This document shows, in pieces, positions 9,694 to 18,617 of a stretch of 64,000 nt of DNA. The notes beneath the pieces were generated by a model that did not search any database, was not told the DNA's origin, and saw nothing but the letters and a program-made list of their open reading frames with translations. The DNA comes from an uncultured Acidobacteriota bacterium (GTDB lineage Bacteria > Acidobacteriota > Thermoanaerobaculia > Gp7-AA8): the NCBI GenBank assembly GCA_963822445.1, contig CAWGHO010000002.1, forward strand, positions 2,208,001 through 2,272,000, in the 5' to 3' direction. Both the position numbers and the translations under genes were made by a program. Each line of letters begins with the position of its first letter. Positions within the stretch are counted from its first letter, which is position 1.

Positions 9694-9884
9694 CTACTGC
9701 CAGAAGCTGGCACGGCCCGGCTTCGGTCCGCCGGCCGAGCCGGCTGCATCATCGCCAGCGTGACGGCGTCACGGCGGTTGCGGTTCGGCAGGCGTTGCAT
9801 GCAACTTCTGGCCGGCAACCGCCGTGCCGCTCGGACTTCGGCACGTGGGCCCTGGCCGTGCAGCTTAGGCGATAGACGTTAGGC
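9688..9884 (+). repeat. attC-like site 8 (197 bp, subtype B)
   Basis: GGCTAAC...GTTAGGC. Confidence 0.9.
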
Positions 9885-10155
9885 CGTCCGTGGCCACAAC
9901 GCTTCGCGTTCTTGTGAGCCCTTCGTCGCATTCACAGTTCTCATACCCTCCAGCCCCCCCTCGCAGTGTCGAAGGTGACGGGCGGCTGCCACCGATAAAA
10001 TGTTCCCCATCGAGTGGATCCGATCCCATGTCGATTTCATCTGCCACGGACATTTTTACGACCCTCTCCGTTGCATGCCGCTGCGGCACGTTCCCCCCAC
10101 GCAGCTGCCGACACCGCGATATCGCGGGCCGCGACCAGCAAAACGCGCCTCCCGC

Positions 10156-10227
10156 ATGCCCAAGGGTGCCGTCGGTCCCTTCAAACTCGCCCACCAACCG
10201 CGGTAGACCGACGGCACCCTTGGGCAT
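10156..10227. repeat. Perfect 22-bp inverted repeat with 28-nt loop
   Basis: ATGCCCAAGGGTGCCGTCGGTC / GACCGACGGCACCCTTGGGCAT. Confidence 0.9.
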
Positions 10228-10475
10228 CACACCCTCCCGGCGCACGCTCGTCGCGGCCCTGACTTCACCCGCCGCCCACCCTCGCGCGCCGAACTCGCGA
10301 ATGCGTGCCGTGACACTGCGGTTGCATATCGCTCCCCGCTGACGGGGTTGTTAGTCGCGGCCAACCGCCGCGCCACGGGCGGTGACCGTGAATTCGGCGC
10401 GCTCATGCCCGACGACTGCTGCTACCACCCGGACGCAGGGCTTTCGTTGAGCTCCGCAGGACTAGAATGTTCGCT

Positions 10476-11283
10476 ATGGCTTCGGAAGCGTCAAAAGAGC
10501 CGAACGAGGGTCGGTGGCACGAAGGTCGGATCACGAATGGCGTCCGCATCGTGCATCTTCACAGCTGGTCGTATTTCGATGATTACATGACTGAAGAGAT
10601 GATCACGCGAAGGCAGTTCATCTGGCGTGGACAAGCGTCAGCCGATTGGCCGCTCGAATCTACTATTGATCGCCTGTTGCGGCGCCGTAAGAGGCTCAAA
10701 AGTAAGCGGGCTCGCGAGGAGCATCTGCGTCGCTTCAAATACGCTAGCCGGGGCAGACGAGGGGCGAATCCGCCGCAACTCACAGAAGATGAATGGTGGG
10801 CGCTCGGTCAACATTTCGGGCTAGCGACGCCTCTTTTGGATTGGAGCGCTTCGCCATACGTTGCAGCGTATTTTGCCTTTGTTTCCGAAGAAAACGATAA
10901 TGCAGAGCAACGCGCCGTCTACGGTATATCGCGAACTTCCGTTCAGAACGCATGCGACGAAGCTCGAGAAGACTGGAGTGGCGAAGGCTCGCCATCGTTA
11001 CTTGAAATCATCGAGCCACTTTCGGACGAAAATCCGCGTCTGGTTAGCCAAGGCGGCCTTTACTCGTGTGCCGGACGGCATGGACGTGGAATCGTGGGTC
11101 AGAAGCCATTTCAAAGGTGACTCTAAGTTTCCCCGGTTACTCAAGCTCACGATGCCGAACGACGACCGCGAGTTAGCGCTACGAAACCTGAATCGCATGA
11201 ATATCAATCACCTCTCTCTATTTCCGGACTTATACGGCGCATCCAAATTCGTTAACCTCGATCTACTGATTGAGAAGTATTGA
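10476..11283 (+). pseudogene. FRG-domain protein, frameshift near 11060 (possibly a sequencing error)
   Basis: WRGQ, QHFGLATPLLDWS, NPRLVSQGG, then a different frame continues FTR...INHLSLFPDLYG. Confidence 0.85.
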
Positions 11284-11291
11284 GGTCGGCG

Positions 11292-11491
11292 GCCTAACTA
11301 CTGCCAGGAGCTGTCAGCGGGCCGTTTGCCGCGCCCGGCGCTGAAGCGCCTCGTTCAGCGCTGAATGGCCGGCGGCACGCCGGCCGACATGCTCTCGCGC
11401 CGCTGATCGCGGCGCGAATCACTGCAGCCGCCGCGCCGCGCACCCGCTCGCACGCGGGGCCTCGCCGCAGCTCAGGCGACAAACGTTAGCC
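11292..11491 (+). repeat. attC-like site 9 (200 bp, subtype C)
   Basis: GCCTAAC...GTTAGCC. Confidence 0.9.
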
Positions 11492-11715
11492 GGACGAAAC
11501 GAAACATGCTCTGAATGTCCGCGACGAAGGAACGATGAGGTAGCGGAGGCGCGAGCAGTGACAGTCGGAGCGATGCCGAAGGATGCAGCGACCGTGCATG
11601 GTCCAAGACCAGTGATGCCGAGAGGTGGTAGGGGTGACGGAGTAATCGTGAGGGCAACGTACTCGCTGTATCGGTCCGGACAAGGATCGTCTCCCGCCGT
11701 TTGAGACTGTTAGGG

Positions 11716-12150
11716 CTACTTCGGTCTGGACCTAAGGATGGTACCAAGCGCTTGCAGGTGTCCTGCGCCGCGTTCGATCTCCGCCAACCAATGTTCACGA
11801 TATGGTGCCAGAGTCTTATCGGAGTTGAGATGATGCCAATCTAAATTCTTAGCGTAGATACCCAACTGCTTCAGATCGCGCAGCATCGCGTAGCGAGCTT
11901 GACCTAAGCTGTCTCGCACCTTTGACGTGCAGTCGTCAAAATCGAAAACCAGATGGTTGTACTTCGTTCCCTCGACTCGGGGAATCTTACCATCACGCAA
12001 CTTCGTTGCGATCGCCTCGAGCGCACCGCCCAACGCTGTGAAGTACTCAGCCGCGCGCTCATCTGCGTCAATTTTTCGTTCCCGAATAAGCTCGATTAGC
12101 TTTGCGGTTGTTTCCGCGAGGTCGGTGAGTAGCTTCCATTCAACAATCAT
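11716..12150 (-). CDS. Hypothetical helical protein, antisense to array (cassette)
   Basis: AAGGTGGG before ATG 12150; MIVEWKLLTDLAET... Confidence 0.65.
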   Translation of the reverse strand: MIVEWKLLTDLAETTAKLIELIRERKIDADERAAEYFTALGGALEAIATKLRDGKIPRVEGTKYNHLVFDFDDCTSKVRDSLGQARYAMLRDLKQLGIYAKNLDWHHLNSDKTLAPYREHWLAEIERGAGHLQALGTILRSRPK

Positions 12151-12429
12151 TGCCCACCTTATCGTTAGATGCAGTTGACCACTTTGTTGCTGTAATCCAA
12201 GGACGAGCGTTTGATAGCAAGGTGACCGTCGCCGAGCGTAGATCCGCAATGCTCCCCTTCGGGTGCAGTAAGCCGAAGCGCGTCGCTCTACGTACAACGT
12301 CGTGCGTCGAGAGGTACTGGGCCCGCCAGCTTCCAGAAATCAACTCCGAGTGGTCTCACAAGTAGGAGTGTCGCCTCCGTCGAATTCCCTACCCACAAGC
12401 AAAGCTGGAGATCTTGATCGCCGCGCCGG

Positions 12430-13365
12430 CTAACTGTTGCGTCTCAGGACGTTGTTCCGATCCAGGCGACTGATGGGTGGATTGTAAGAGAGCGCGGTAT
12501 GCGCTCGGTGGTAGTTGTAGAAGTGAAGGTACGGTGCGAGCCAACGGCGCCGTTCCTCGGAGCTGTGGTACGAGAACCGATAGGCCCATTCGCGCAGCAG
12601 CGTCTGGATGAACCGCTCCGCTTTACCGTTCGTCCGTGGTGTGTACGGCCGGATGCGGACGTGAGTGAGGTTCAGGCGGCTGCAGGTATCCCGGAAGTCG
12701 CGTGAGATGAAGGCCGATCCGTTGTCGGTCATCACCCGCTCGACGATGACATTCCGCTGAGCGAACCACGCCACCGCCCGAGTCAAAAACGAGCTGGCAG
12801 TCTCGCTACGCTCATCTGCCAGGACGTCGACGTAGGAGAGTCGGGTGAAGTCATCCGTCGCGACGTACACGAACTCGAAGCCCTGCTTCTTTGAGCCAAA
12901 CGATCGACGCCTGGTGATGCGGTGTCCCACTCGATTGAACCGTCCCAGGCGCTTGATGTCGATGTGCACCAGTTCCCCCGGACGCTCCTTCTCGTACCGA
13001 ATTGGCACTGTTGCCGGCTCAAGCTGACGCAACCGAGCCAGCCCTGCTGACCGGCAGATCCGCGCTGCTGTCGACGCACTCACGCCCACTGCCTGCGCGA
13101 TCTGTCGCACAGTCCGCCATTCGCGGCGAAGACTCAGAACACGCTGTCGTTTTATGTCGCTCGTGGCCCGGCCCCTGTGCGGTCTGGAGCTCCGATCGTT
13201 AAGCGGCTCGACCCTCAGACCACGACGGATCCACTCCCGCCCTCGCCGGTCACTCATACCGGCGGCCTCCGACGCCTCGCGCACCGACCATCCTTGTTCG
13301 CAGACTCGCTTGACCAGCAGTGCTCGACTCAACGGGCAGCTTCGCGCATTCTTGTGCACGTCCAT
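12430..13365 (-). CDS. IS481-family DDE transposase
   Basis: Protein identical to 3943-4878. Confidence 0.95.
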   Translation of the reverse strand: MDVHKNARSCPLSRALLVKRVCEQGWSVREASEAAGMSDRRGREWIRRGLRVEPLNDRSSRPHRGRATSDIKRQRVLSLRREWRTVRQIAQAVGVSASTAARICRSAGLARLRQLEPATVPIRYEKERPGELVHIDIKRLGRFNRVGHRITRRRSFGSKKQGFEFVYVATDDFTRLSYVDVLADERSETASSFLTRAVAWFAQRNVIVERVMTDNGSAFISRDFRDTCSRLNLTHVRIRPYTPRTNGKAERFIQTLLREWAYRFSYHSSEERRRWLAPYLHFYNYHRAHTALSYNPPISRLDRNNVLRRNS

Positions 13366-13468
13366 CTGGGTTCCTTCCTGTCAACCTGTTCGTTTGAGAG
13401 CTTTCAGATTGACGAAAGTCGCCCGGATGGACAACCCGCTTCAAGGAACAACGTCCTGACACATCACA
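12435..13468 (-). mobile_element. IS481-family element, copy 2, inserted in R'' of attC10
   Basis: Same IRs and same length (1034 bp) as copy 1; CTAAC on both flanks. Confidence 0.93.
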
Positions 13469-13664
13469 CCTAACTACTGCCAGGAGCTGTCGCGGCCCGG
13501 CTTCGGTCCGCCGGCCGAGCCGGCTGCTTTTTCGCCAGCGTGACGGCGTCACGGCGGTTGCAGTTCGGCAGGCGTTGCATGCAACTTCTCGCCGGCAACC
13601 GCCGCGCCGCTTCGGCTTCGGCACGTGGGCCCTGGCCGCGCAGCTCAGGCGATAGACGTTGGGC
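13469..13664 (+). repeat. attC-like site 10 (subtype B; original R'' GGCTAAC at 12428-12434 separated by the IS)
   Basis: CCTAACTACTGCCAGGAGC...GTTGGGC. Confidence 0.88.
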
Positions 13665-13972
13665 GGACGAGGGCGACATCGACGTGCGTGCTACGACCAG
13701 CCGGGTCCTCGACATCGAAGGGGGCGAAGCTGAATCACAGTGGAAAATCGACGTGCTACCCCGTGGAACGCTCTCAAACGCCTCTGCCAAATCTACTCGC
13801 GGTAGTTCCCGGCACTTGTTGCGTTTGCGTCGCGGCCTATCGCTACCGTCGCCGTGCGCTTCGATTAGGCGAAGCCGAGATGTCTTTTCGGCGTTTGCGC
13901 GCGTCCAGTGGCTAGGAGATGATTGCGCGCGGTGGATCGGTCGCTCGACTAGTCGCGAGGTAAGATTGAGTT

Positions 13973-14590
13973 ATGAAGCAATACATTCTGAAATGGGGTG
14001 GCCGTTTCGCGTCATCCATCGTCGTAATGCTCGCCACGATTCCCTCAGTGTTTGGCACCTTTCAATCGCAGACAGCTGGTCGTGCGTGGATGTTCGCAAT
14101 TGCGGCTGTCGCTTTGATCGGATTGCTGGTCGATGTTGCATTTCAGGAGCGCGCGGAGGCGCAGTTGAACAGAATCGAGCGTTCATCCGACGAAACTCTC
14201 GAGAGCAACCGCAGGCTGATCCGCATGCTAACGGTGAAGGACCCGCAGACACTCCGAGGGCGCGCGGCGTTACTGTCATCACGTATTCTCATCTGGATTT
14301 CGGAACTTGAAGCCACTGTGTGGTCAGCGAGACCGGTCGCGAAGCCAAACACGGTGGATGCCATCATCGCAGAAGGTGTTACCCGCTGGCACCTGGTTCA
14401 GGAGACGAACGAGATCTTTTCGCGTCTGTTCGCGAAGGACGTTCTAAAGCTCCGCGAGGATCTCCAGCAAGCCGGAGTATCGAATGCGTTCATTGACTCG
14501 TTCTCGCCTGAAAGCAACACGCCCGATGCGATCAGGCTGCTTGCGGTGCACCTCGGCCGCGCTGCCGATCGGCTCCCAGACGAAGTTTAA
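13973..14590 (+). CDS. Hypothetical protein with 2 N-terminal TM helices (cassette)
   Basis: Two hydrophobic segments then a coiled/helical region; stop just before attC11. Confidence 0.75.
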   Translation: MKQYILKWGGRFASSIVVMLATIPSVFGTFQSQTAGRAWMFAIAAVALIGLLVDVAFQERAEAQLNRIERSSDETLESNRRLIRMLTVKDPQTLRGRAALLSSRILIWISELEATVWSARPVAKPNTVDAIIAEGVTRWHLVQETNEIFSRLFAKDVLKLREDLQQAGVSNAFIDSFSPESNTPDAIRLLAVHLGRAADRLPDEV

Positions 14591-14600
14591 GAGAGGCGCC

Positions 14601-14796
14601 GCCCAACTACTGCCAGAAGCTGGCACGGCCCGGCTTCGGTCCGCCGGCCGAGCCGGCTGCATCATCGCCAGCGTGTCGGCGTCACGGCGGTTGCAGATCG
14701 CCAGTCGTTGCGGGCAACTCCTCGCCGGCAACCGCCGTGCCGCTCGGCTTCGGCACGTGGGCCCTGGCCGTGCAGCTTAGGCGATAGACGTTGGGC
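14601..14796 (+). repeat. attC-like site 11 (196 bp, subtype B)
   Basis: GCCCAAC...GTTGGGC. Confidence 0.9.
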
Positions 14797-15089
14797 GGAC
14801 CCGGCACGAAGAGGTAGGCCCGACTTCCATTTACGCGTTGGCAATCGCACCGACTGAAGCGGCGGAGCCGCGCGCCAAGGCGTCCGCCACAATTGCTCGT
14901 CGTGGTACCCGCCCGTCCGCCGGCTTGTCGCACCTGCAGCACGCGCGAATCATGATTCTCGTAGGCAGCCGGCCACAATCTGCCCAAGAGCCGCTATCCA
15001 CGCCGGCCTGACGGCCGAGCACGCATTCCGCGTCGGCCATCATTCGGCGCGCGCGCTGCTTCCAAGCGCGGAAAGTCGTGCGTGCGGCC
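14791..15089. other. ORF-less cassette, copy 2
   Basis: Homologous to 6985-7275. Confidence 0.75.
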
Positions 15090-15280
15090 GCCCAACAACT
15101 CACAGCAGCTGTCGCGGCCCGGCTTCGTCCCGGCGCTGAAGCGCCTGGGCCGAACAGTATCGGCGCGGCGTCACGCCGGCTGCAGTTCGGTTCGTTCGTT
15201 AATCGCCGGCAGCCGGCGTGCCGCGCCCTGCCGTAGCCGCGTGGGCCCTGGCCGCGCAGCTGAGTGAGATGACGTTAGCC
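15090..15280 (+). repeat. attC-like site 12 (191 bp, subtype D)
   Basis: Closely similar to site 6. Confidence 0.88.
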
Positions 15281-15464
15281 GGACCGAAGCGATGCGTGGT
15301 TGAAACGACCAATAGACCGGCGTATTCGTGCGATGCTGCAGTGCACGCTGGCCTGCTCCGGTTCGACCGCAGTGTTATCTTCGTTACCACCGACCGTGAG
15401 CAAACATCCAGTCGCGAACGAGCAGGAGATTTCTTTGCCGACATGGCACCTCAGGAAGTGGCAT

Positions 15465-16127
15465 GTGCCGTCGTGGTGGATCACCGGTTTGGTGCTTCTC
15501 CTGTGTGTCGCGCAGCCGTTACAAGCGTGCTCTTGCGGTGACCGCCCAAAGGCCGCGAAGGTCTTGTCATCTCACGCTGTATTTGACGGGACGGTCGTGT
15601 CCTCTCGACCCTTCATCGATCGATCAGACGACTACTGGTACGTGCTCGAGGAATGGACGTTTCAGGTGCATAGGAGTTGGACACGAGGAGTCCAAGGCGA
15701 TGTCGCTATTCGTGCCTATCCGCATAACTGTGGCGTCTGGTTTGAGAATGGTGAGCGCGCAATTGTTGTCGCTGTCAATCGCGAAAGGCGCACACTCGGT
15801 GCGTTCAAGTGTGCCTATCCTCGCGAGAATGTTGACGTGTTAAACGCGGACCGTCTGTTGGGGCCGGCTTCGTTCCGCACCGACGGCCCGGTACGGAAAA
15901 GGAGAATCGCGCGTATCGTTAATGTGGCTCGGCGCTTGGTTCTTCACCTCATCGCGGATATCCACAACTGGATCGTTCGCTCCGGTCTTCGTGGCCGCGG
16001 CTACGGCACTGTCATTGCTTGGGCGCTGGCGACATGCGTGCTCTTCGCTATCTTGGTCGTCGTTCTATCGTTCCGGCGACTGCGAGGTCGCGACAAGAAT
16101 GAGCCGCCTTCCATGGCAGCCGGCTAA
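15465..16127 (+). CDS. Exported, membrane-anchored protein with ACSC (TIMP/NTR-like) motif (cassette)
   Basis: Signal peptide then ACSC, VFDGTVV, CGVWFENGE, C-terminal TM; stop in R''; GTG start inferred. Confidence 0.65.
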   Translation: MPSWWITGLVLLLCVAQPLQACSCGDRPKAAKVLSSHAVFDGTVVSSRPFIDRSDDYWYVLEEWTFQVHRSWTRGVQGDVAIRAYPHNCGVWFENGERAIVVAVNRERRTLGAFKCAYPRENVDVLNADRLLGPASFRTDGPVRKRRIARIVNVARRLVLHLIADIHNWIVRSGLRGRGYGTVIAWALATCVLFAILVVVLSFRRLRGRDKNEPPSMAAG

Positions 16128-16320
16128 CTACTGCCAGGAGCTGCCGGCGGGCCGTTTGCCGCGCCCGGCGCTGAAGCGCCTCGTTCGGCGTTGATGGGCC
16201 GGCGGCACGCCGGCCGACATGCTCTCGCGCCGCTGATCGCGGCGCGAACACGGCGGCCATCGAGCCGCGCACCCGCTCGCACGTGGGGCCTCGCCGCAGC
16301 TCAGGCGATAGACGTTAGCC
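16122..16320 (+). repeat. attC-like site 13 (199 bp, subtype C)
   Basis: GGCTAAC...GTTAGCC. Confidence 0.9.
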
Positions 16321-16487
16321 GGACGAACCACATTTTGGCGTCATGGCACAGCTCCGCTACTTGCACGCTTATCGCGCCCGAAGTCGGCGTTGCCGTCCGC
16401 CAGGCGGTGCGTAGGCGCCACTTGGTCAGGATGCCATCGCGGGTTGAAGTCGACGGTAGCCGGGCGCAAGGGCTGAGGAGTAGACTG

Positions 16488-16718
16488 ATGCCAATGCTCG
16501 GCCAAAACGAGGTCATCCACACCGATCCCGAGATTCTTGCCGGTGAGCCGGTATTCGTCGGAACGCGAGTGCCGCTAAGAAACCTCTTCGATTATCTCGA
16601 GGCCGGCGATTCGCTCGAGGTCTTCCTCGATGCATTTCCCGATGTGACGAGGGAGCAAGCTGTGGCGGCCCTAGAACTTGCTAGAGAGGCGGTAACCGCG
16701 GGTGCGGGTTCTCGTTGA
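16488..16718 (+). CDS. DUF433 antitoxin
   Basis: DPEILAGEPVFVGTRVP...FLDAFPDVTREQ. Confidence 0.9.
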   Translation: MPMLGQNEVIHTDPEILAGEPVFVGTRVPLRNLFDYLEAGDSLEVFLDAFPDVTREQAVAALELAREAVTAGAGSR

Positions 16719-17025
16719 TCACTGTCTTCCGCGCCATCTAGCCGTAGAACTCACTGGTCACGAAGCCACGACGGTGCGTGCACAGCGGTGGTCCGGCCTT
16801 CGTAACGGTGTCTTGCTCCGGGCTGCGGTCGACGCAGGGTTCGACGTGTTCATCACGAACGATTCGAGCATCGAGTTTCAGCAGAACGTGAAACGCATCG
16901 GTATCGCCGTGATCGCGATCGTGGGTTTTCGAAATCGCATGGAAGACCTCAGACCTCTTCTCCCGCGGATCCTAAAGGTATTGATCACAATCAAGGCGGG
17001 CGAGCTGATAACGATCTCTCGTTAG
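16702..17025 (+). CDS. DUF5615 PIN-like toxin
   Basis: MRVLVDHCLP, FDVFITND; overlaps the DUF433 gene. Confidence 0.85.
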   Translation: MRVLVDHCLPRHLAVELTGHEATTVRAQRWSGLRNGVLLRAAVDAGFDVFITNDSSIEFQQNVKRIGIAVIAIVGFRNRMEDLRPLLPRILKVLITIKAGELITISR

Positions 17026-17197
17026 TGTTTGCGGCAAAGCACAATCCAGGGCGCGGGGTGGCATTCAGGGCTACGATGTGTTGTTATTTTCGCGTGCCGC
17101 ATGCTGCGGGACGGCGAGGTTCGGCATATGTACTCGAACGGCAGCGCTGGTGCGTTCTGCATAGCGCGCCTTGAAATCGGTGGGGAAGCGGGGCGCC

Positions 17198-17394
17198 GGC
17201 TAACTACTGCCAGAAGCTGGCACGGCCCGGCTTCGGTCCGGCGGCCGAGCCGCCTACATCATCGCCAACGGGACGGCGTCACCGCGGTTGCAGATCGGCA
17301 GGCGTTGCAGGCAACTTCTCGCCGGCAACCGCCGTGCCGCTCGGGCTTCGGCACGTGGGCCCTGGCCGTGCAGCTTAGGCGATGGACGTTAGGC
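17198..17394 (+). repeat. attC-like site 14 (197 bp, subtype B)
   Basis: GGCTAAC...GTTAGGC. Confidence 0.9.
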
Positions 17395-17481
17395 GTACTG
17401 CGGGCGGGAGTCGCTAGGAAGACCCCCGAAACGGCTACAAGCATGCGTTACTATCTGCTAGGATCGCCGCGAGGACACGTC

Positions 17482-18391
17482 ATGGTGGGTAAAGCAAAGC
17501 GAGCAAAGTACACTGAGCTTCTAAGACTCTTGCGCGCCGGCGACACGGAAGACAATCCTGGTGTAATCATGACGAACGGCGACGCTGTTGGCCTCGGAGC
17601 CGACCTTGATAACTATTTTGCCAGCCGTGAACACCGGCAGGCAGTACTAGGGTTAGATATCTATAAATACAGCCGCTTCGAAACTAAGCGCCAGCGCCTC
17701 GTGCCGGTACTTTTCAGGTATCTCTACGATCAGGCAATGCACTTTTGCGTCCGTGATGAGCCGTCAATATTAGCGAGCAGATTTCAAAGATAGATTCATA
17801 CCGACGGGGGATGGCGGCTTTCAAATCTTCGCGACTCCACTGCAGGCATTAGTCTTTGCGACGTTTTTTCAGTCAGCGCTCATAGGCTATAATTCTTGGT
17901 TGACCTTCCCGAAAGTTCGGCGTCTAGTAGGCGACCTGACTCTTCGCTATACGTTGACATTTGATGACGTATTTCAGCTTGACGGTAACTGGTTCGGTGC
18001 GGGCATCATAACTAACGCGCGTATCATCAGTCGCGACGCACTCAACCGTTGTCTCGCGGATGCAGCCTCTATCGCATGGTTTGCAGAGCGTATTGGCGCG
18101 ATCGAGTCCCTCCTCGTTTTGCAGGGTAGCGATCTTTTAGCCATGACTGATCGTCCGATGCAGAGCGCGCCACCTAGCCTGCTGTTTCCAAGTGCTTCGG
18201 CGGGCAACTATCCGGAAAATTCATTCAGATCCTTGAATGTGCAGAAAATCGGCAACGTTGCGGTCAAGGGGAGTGATCTTGACGTGTATAACGTGTACGC
18301 GCAAGTCGTTGTGTGTCACACGGGAGGCGATGCGCGCCGTAATGTCATAGTCACGCTCGGCAATCTGAACGCTGGTGGTGTCACGGTGTAG
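17482..18391 (+). pseudogene. Class III nucleotidyl-cyclase-like protein, frameshift near 17775 (cassette)
   Basis: VLGLDIYKYS in first frame; manual translation of second frame gives FIPTGDGGFQIF, continuing to LRYTLT...NWFGAGIITNARI. Confidence 0.65.
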
Positions 18392-18393
18392 AC

Positions 18394-18593
18394 GCCTAAC
18401 TACTGCCAGGAGCTGTCGGCGGGCCGTTTGCCGCGCCCGGCGCTGAAGCGCCTCGTTCGGCGTTGAATGGCCGGCGGCACGCCGGCCGACATGCTCTCGC
18501 GCCGCTGATCGCGGCGCGACTTGCTGCAGCCGTCGCGCCGCGCACCCGCTTGCACGTGAGGCCTCGCCGCAGCTCAGGCGATAGACGTTAGCC
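18394..18593 (+). repeat. attC-like site 15 (200 bp, subtype C), last of array
   Basis: GCCTAAC...GTTAGCC. Confidence 0.9.
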
Positions 18594-18617
18594 CGACCGA
18601 CGAAGAACGCTCCGAGA

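Noticed and set aside
11492-11715. Possible ribozyme in a purine-rich cassette segment
   Set aside because: GAAAC is present but there is no CTGANGA core or convincing stems.
1178-18593. CRISPR array interpretation of the repeats
   Set aside because: Repeats are about 200 bp, the intervening units are gene-sized, and no cas genes are present; the attC architecture fits better.
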